A DNA stretch of 64,000 nucleotides, taken from positions 1,028-65,027 of the forward strand of contig JAYVUZ010000240.1 of NCBI GenBank assembly GCA_043787415.1. Direction: 5' to 3'. Shown one piece after another: positions 63,117-64,000 of this stretch (position 1 is its first letter; each line of letters starts with the position of its first letter). This stretch comes from Fimbriiglobus sp. (GTDB lineage: Bacteria > Planctomycetota > Planctomycetia > Gemmatales > Gemmataceae). The notes under the pieces were generated by a model that was given only the letters and a program-made list of their open reading frames with translations, was not told where the DNA came from and ran no database searches. A program made the position numbers and the translations under genes.

Positions 63117-64000
63117 ATGGACCTGACCGCCGCCGCCCGCCAGGGGTTCGCCCCCATCGACGCCGACCCGGCCATCAAGGCGAAGGCCGAGCAGTTCCTC
63201 GCCACCTGGCTGACCCACCCGGACTACGCCGCCTACCGCCCACAGGTCGAGAAGCTGATCGCCGACGCGAAGTGGTCGGTGCTGCTGGACAGCTTCTATC
63301 AAGTGCTGCCGTTCGGCACCGGCGGCCGGCGGGGGGCCGTCGGCGTCGGCCCGAACCGGATGAACCTGTGGACCCTCGGGGCCAGCGTCCAGGGGCACTG
63401 CGAGTACCTGCGGCAGCGGTTCCCCGGGGCGAACGAGTTGCACGTCGTCCTGGCCTACGACGTGCGGACCTTCGGCGACAAGCGGGGGGTGTACGACCCG
63501 TCGCGGCCGAACCCGGTCCTCGGGCTGACCAGCCGCAACTTCTGCGAGGTCGCCGCCGGGGTGTACGCGGCCAACGGCATCCACTCGTACATCCTCCCGC
63601 CCGACACGAAGCGGTACGTCTCGACCCCGGAGTTGTCGTTCAGCATCCGGCACCTGAAGGCCCACGGCGGGCTGAACATGACCGCCAGCCACAACCCGCC
63701 GGACGACAACGGGAGCAAGTTCTACGACGACCGGGGCGCACAGCCGGTGCCGCCGGACGACCAGCTCATGAGTGACCTGGTGGACCAGGTGTCGCACATC
63801 AAGCAGATGTCGTTCGCGGAAGCGACCCGGTCCGGCAAGGTCCACTTCCTCGATGCGGCCCCGCACGAGGCGTACATCGACTTGTGCCGCAAACAGAGCC
63901 TGGTGCCGCCGCCGCAGGGGGACGAAATCCGGGTCGTCTTCACGCCGCTGCACGGGGTCGGCCAGTTCTGCGCCGGCGAGACGCTGGAGCGAGCCGGGTT
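63117..64000 (+). CDS. Phosphoglucomutase/phosphomannomutase family protein, 3' end outside window
   Basis: Absent from the ORF track because no stop occurs before the window edge. My own translation from ATG 63117 (GAGG upstream) gives MDLTAAARQGF...FGTGGRRG...LNMTASHNPPDDNGSKFY, which contains the phosphoserine loop TASHNP. Confidence 0.85.
   Translation, partial: MDLTAAARQGFAPIDADPAIKAKAEQFLATWLTHPDYAAYRPQVEKLIADAKWSVLLDSFYQVLPFGTGGRRGAVGVGPNRMNLWTLGASVQGHCEYLRQRFPGANELHVVLAYDVRTFGDKRGVYDPSRPNPVLGLTSRNFCEVAAGVYAANGIHSYILPPDTKRYVSTPELSFSIRHLKAHGGLNMTASHNPPDDNGSKFYDDRGAQPVPPDDQLMSDLVDQVSHIKQMSFAEATRSGKVHFLDAAPHEAYIDLCRKQSLVPPPQGDEIRVVFTPLHGVGQFCAGETLERAG

Overview
High-GC (roughly two-thirds G+C by eye) bacterial chromosome segment. 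It is densely coding, mostly on the minus strand, and many genes are coupled by ATGA/GTGA start-stop overlaps. Several gene types point to a Planctomycetota genome, probably Gemmataceae-like: a DUF1559 / H-X9-DG prepilin-type protein with a partner lipoprotein, a YTV-type Tyr/Cys repeat protein, a DUF1573 protein, Tat-signal TIM-barrel isomerases and an ECF sigma/anti-sigma pair. Most of the window is housekeeping: gpsA, selA, hisS, glgC, hpt, purD, purN, aat, gyrA, accA, pyc, mnmG, a phospho-sugar mutase and a metal ABC importer. I found no rRNA, tRNA, CRISPR array, transposase or prophage. All calls rest on motifs read from the supplied translations, since no database search was possible. 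Five things stand out. (1) 31.5-37.1 kb holds a non-canonical McrBC-like islet: a McrB-type AAA+ protein with a DUF2461-like domain and a duplicated helical N-terminus, then a membrane-anchored protein interposed before a McrC-like PD-(D/E)xK nuclease, then an HNH nuclease. (2) A 2271-aa head-to-tail fusion of two complete UvrA units carries an internally duplicated C-terminal extension of about 330 aa that I cannot place. (3) A secreted Tyr/Cys-rich repeat protein has five tandem 32-aa cysteine repeats. (4) A 1307-aa ORF has no recognisable motif. (5) A set of very long perfect palindromes (23-29 bp arms) sits on gene ends. Two of them, 46 kb apart, are homologous with a compensatory substitution, and two have self-complementary arms. 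The many long Arg/Pro/Gly-rich ORFs antisense to real genes are treated as GC artefacts.
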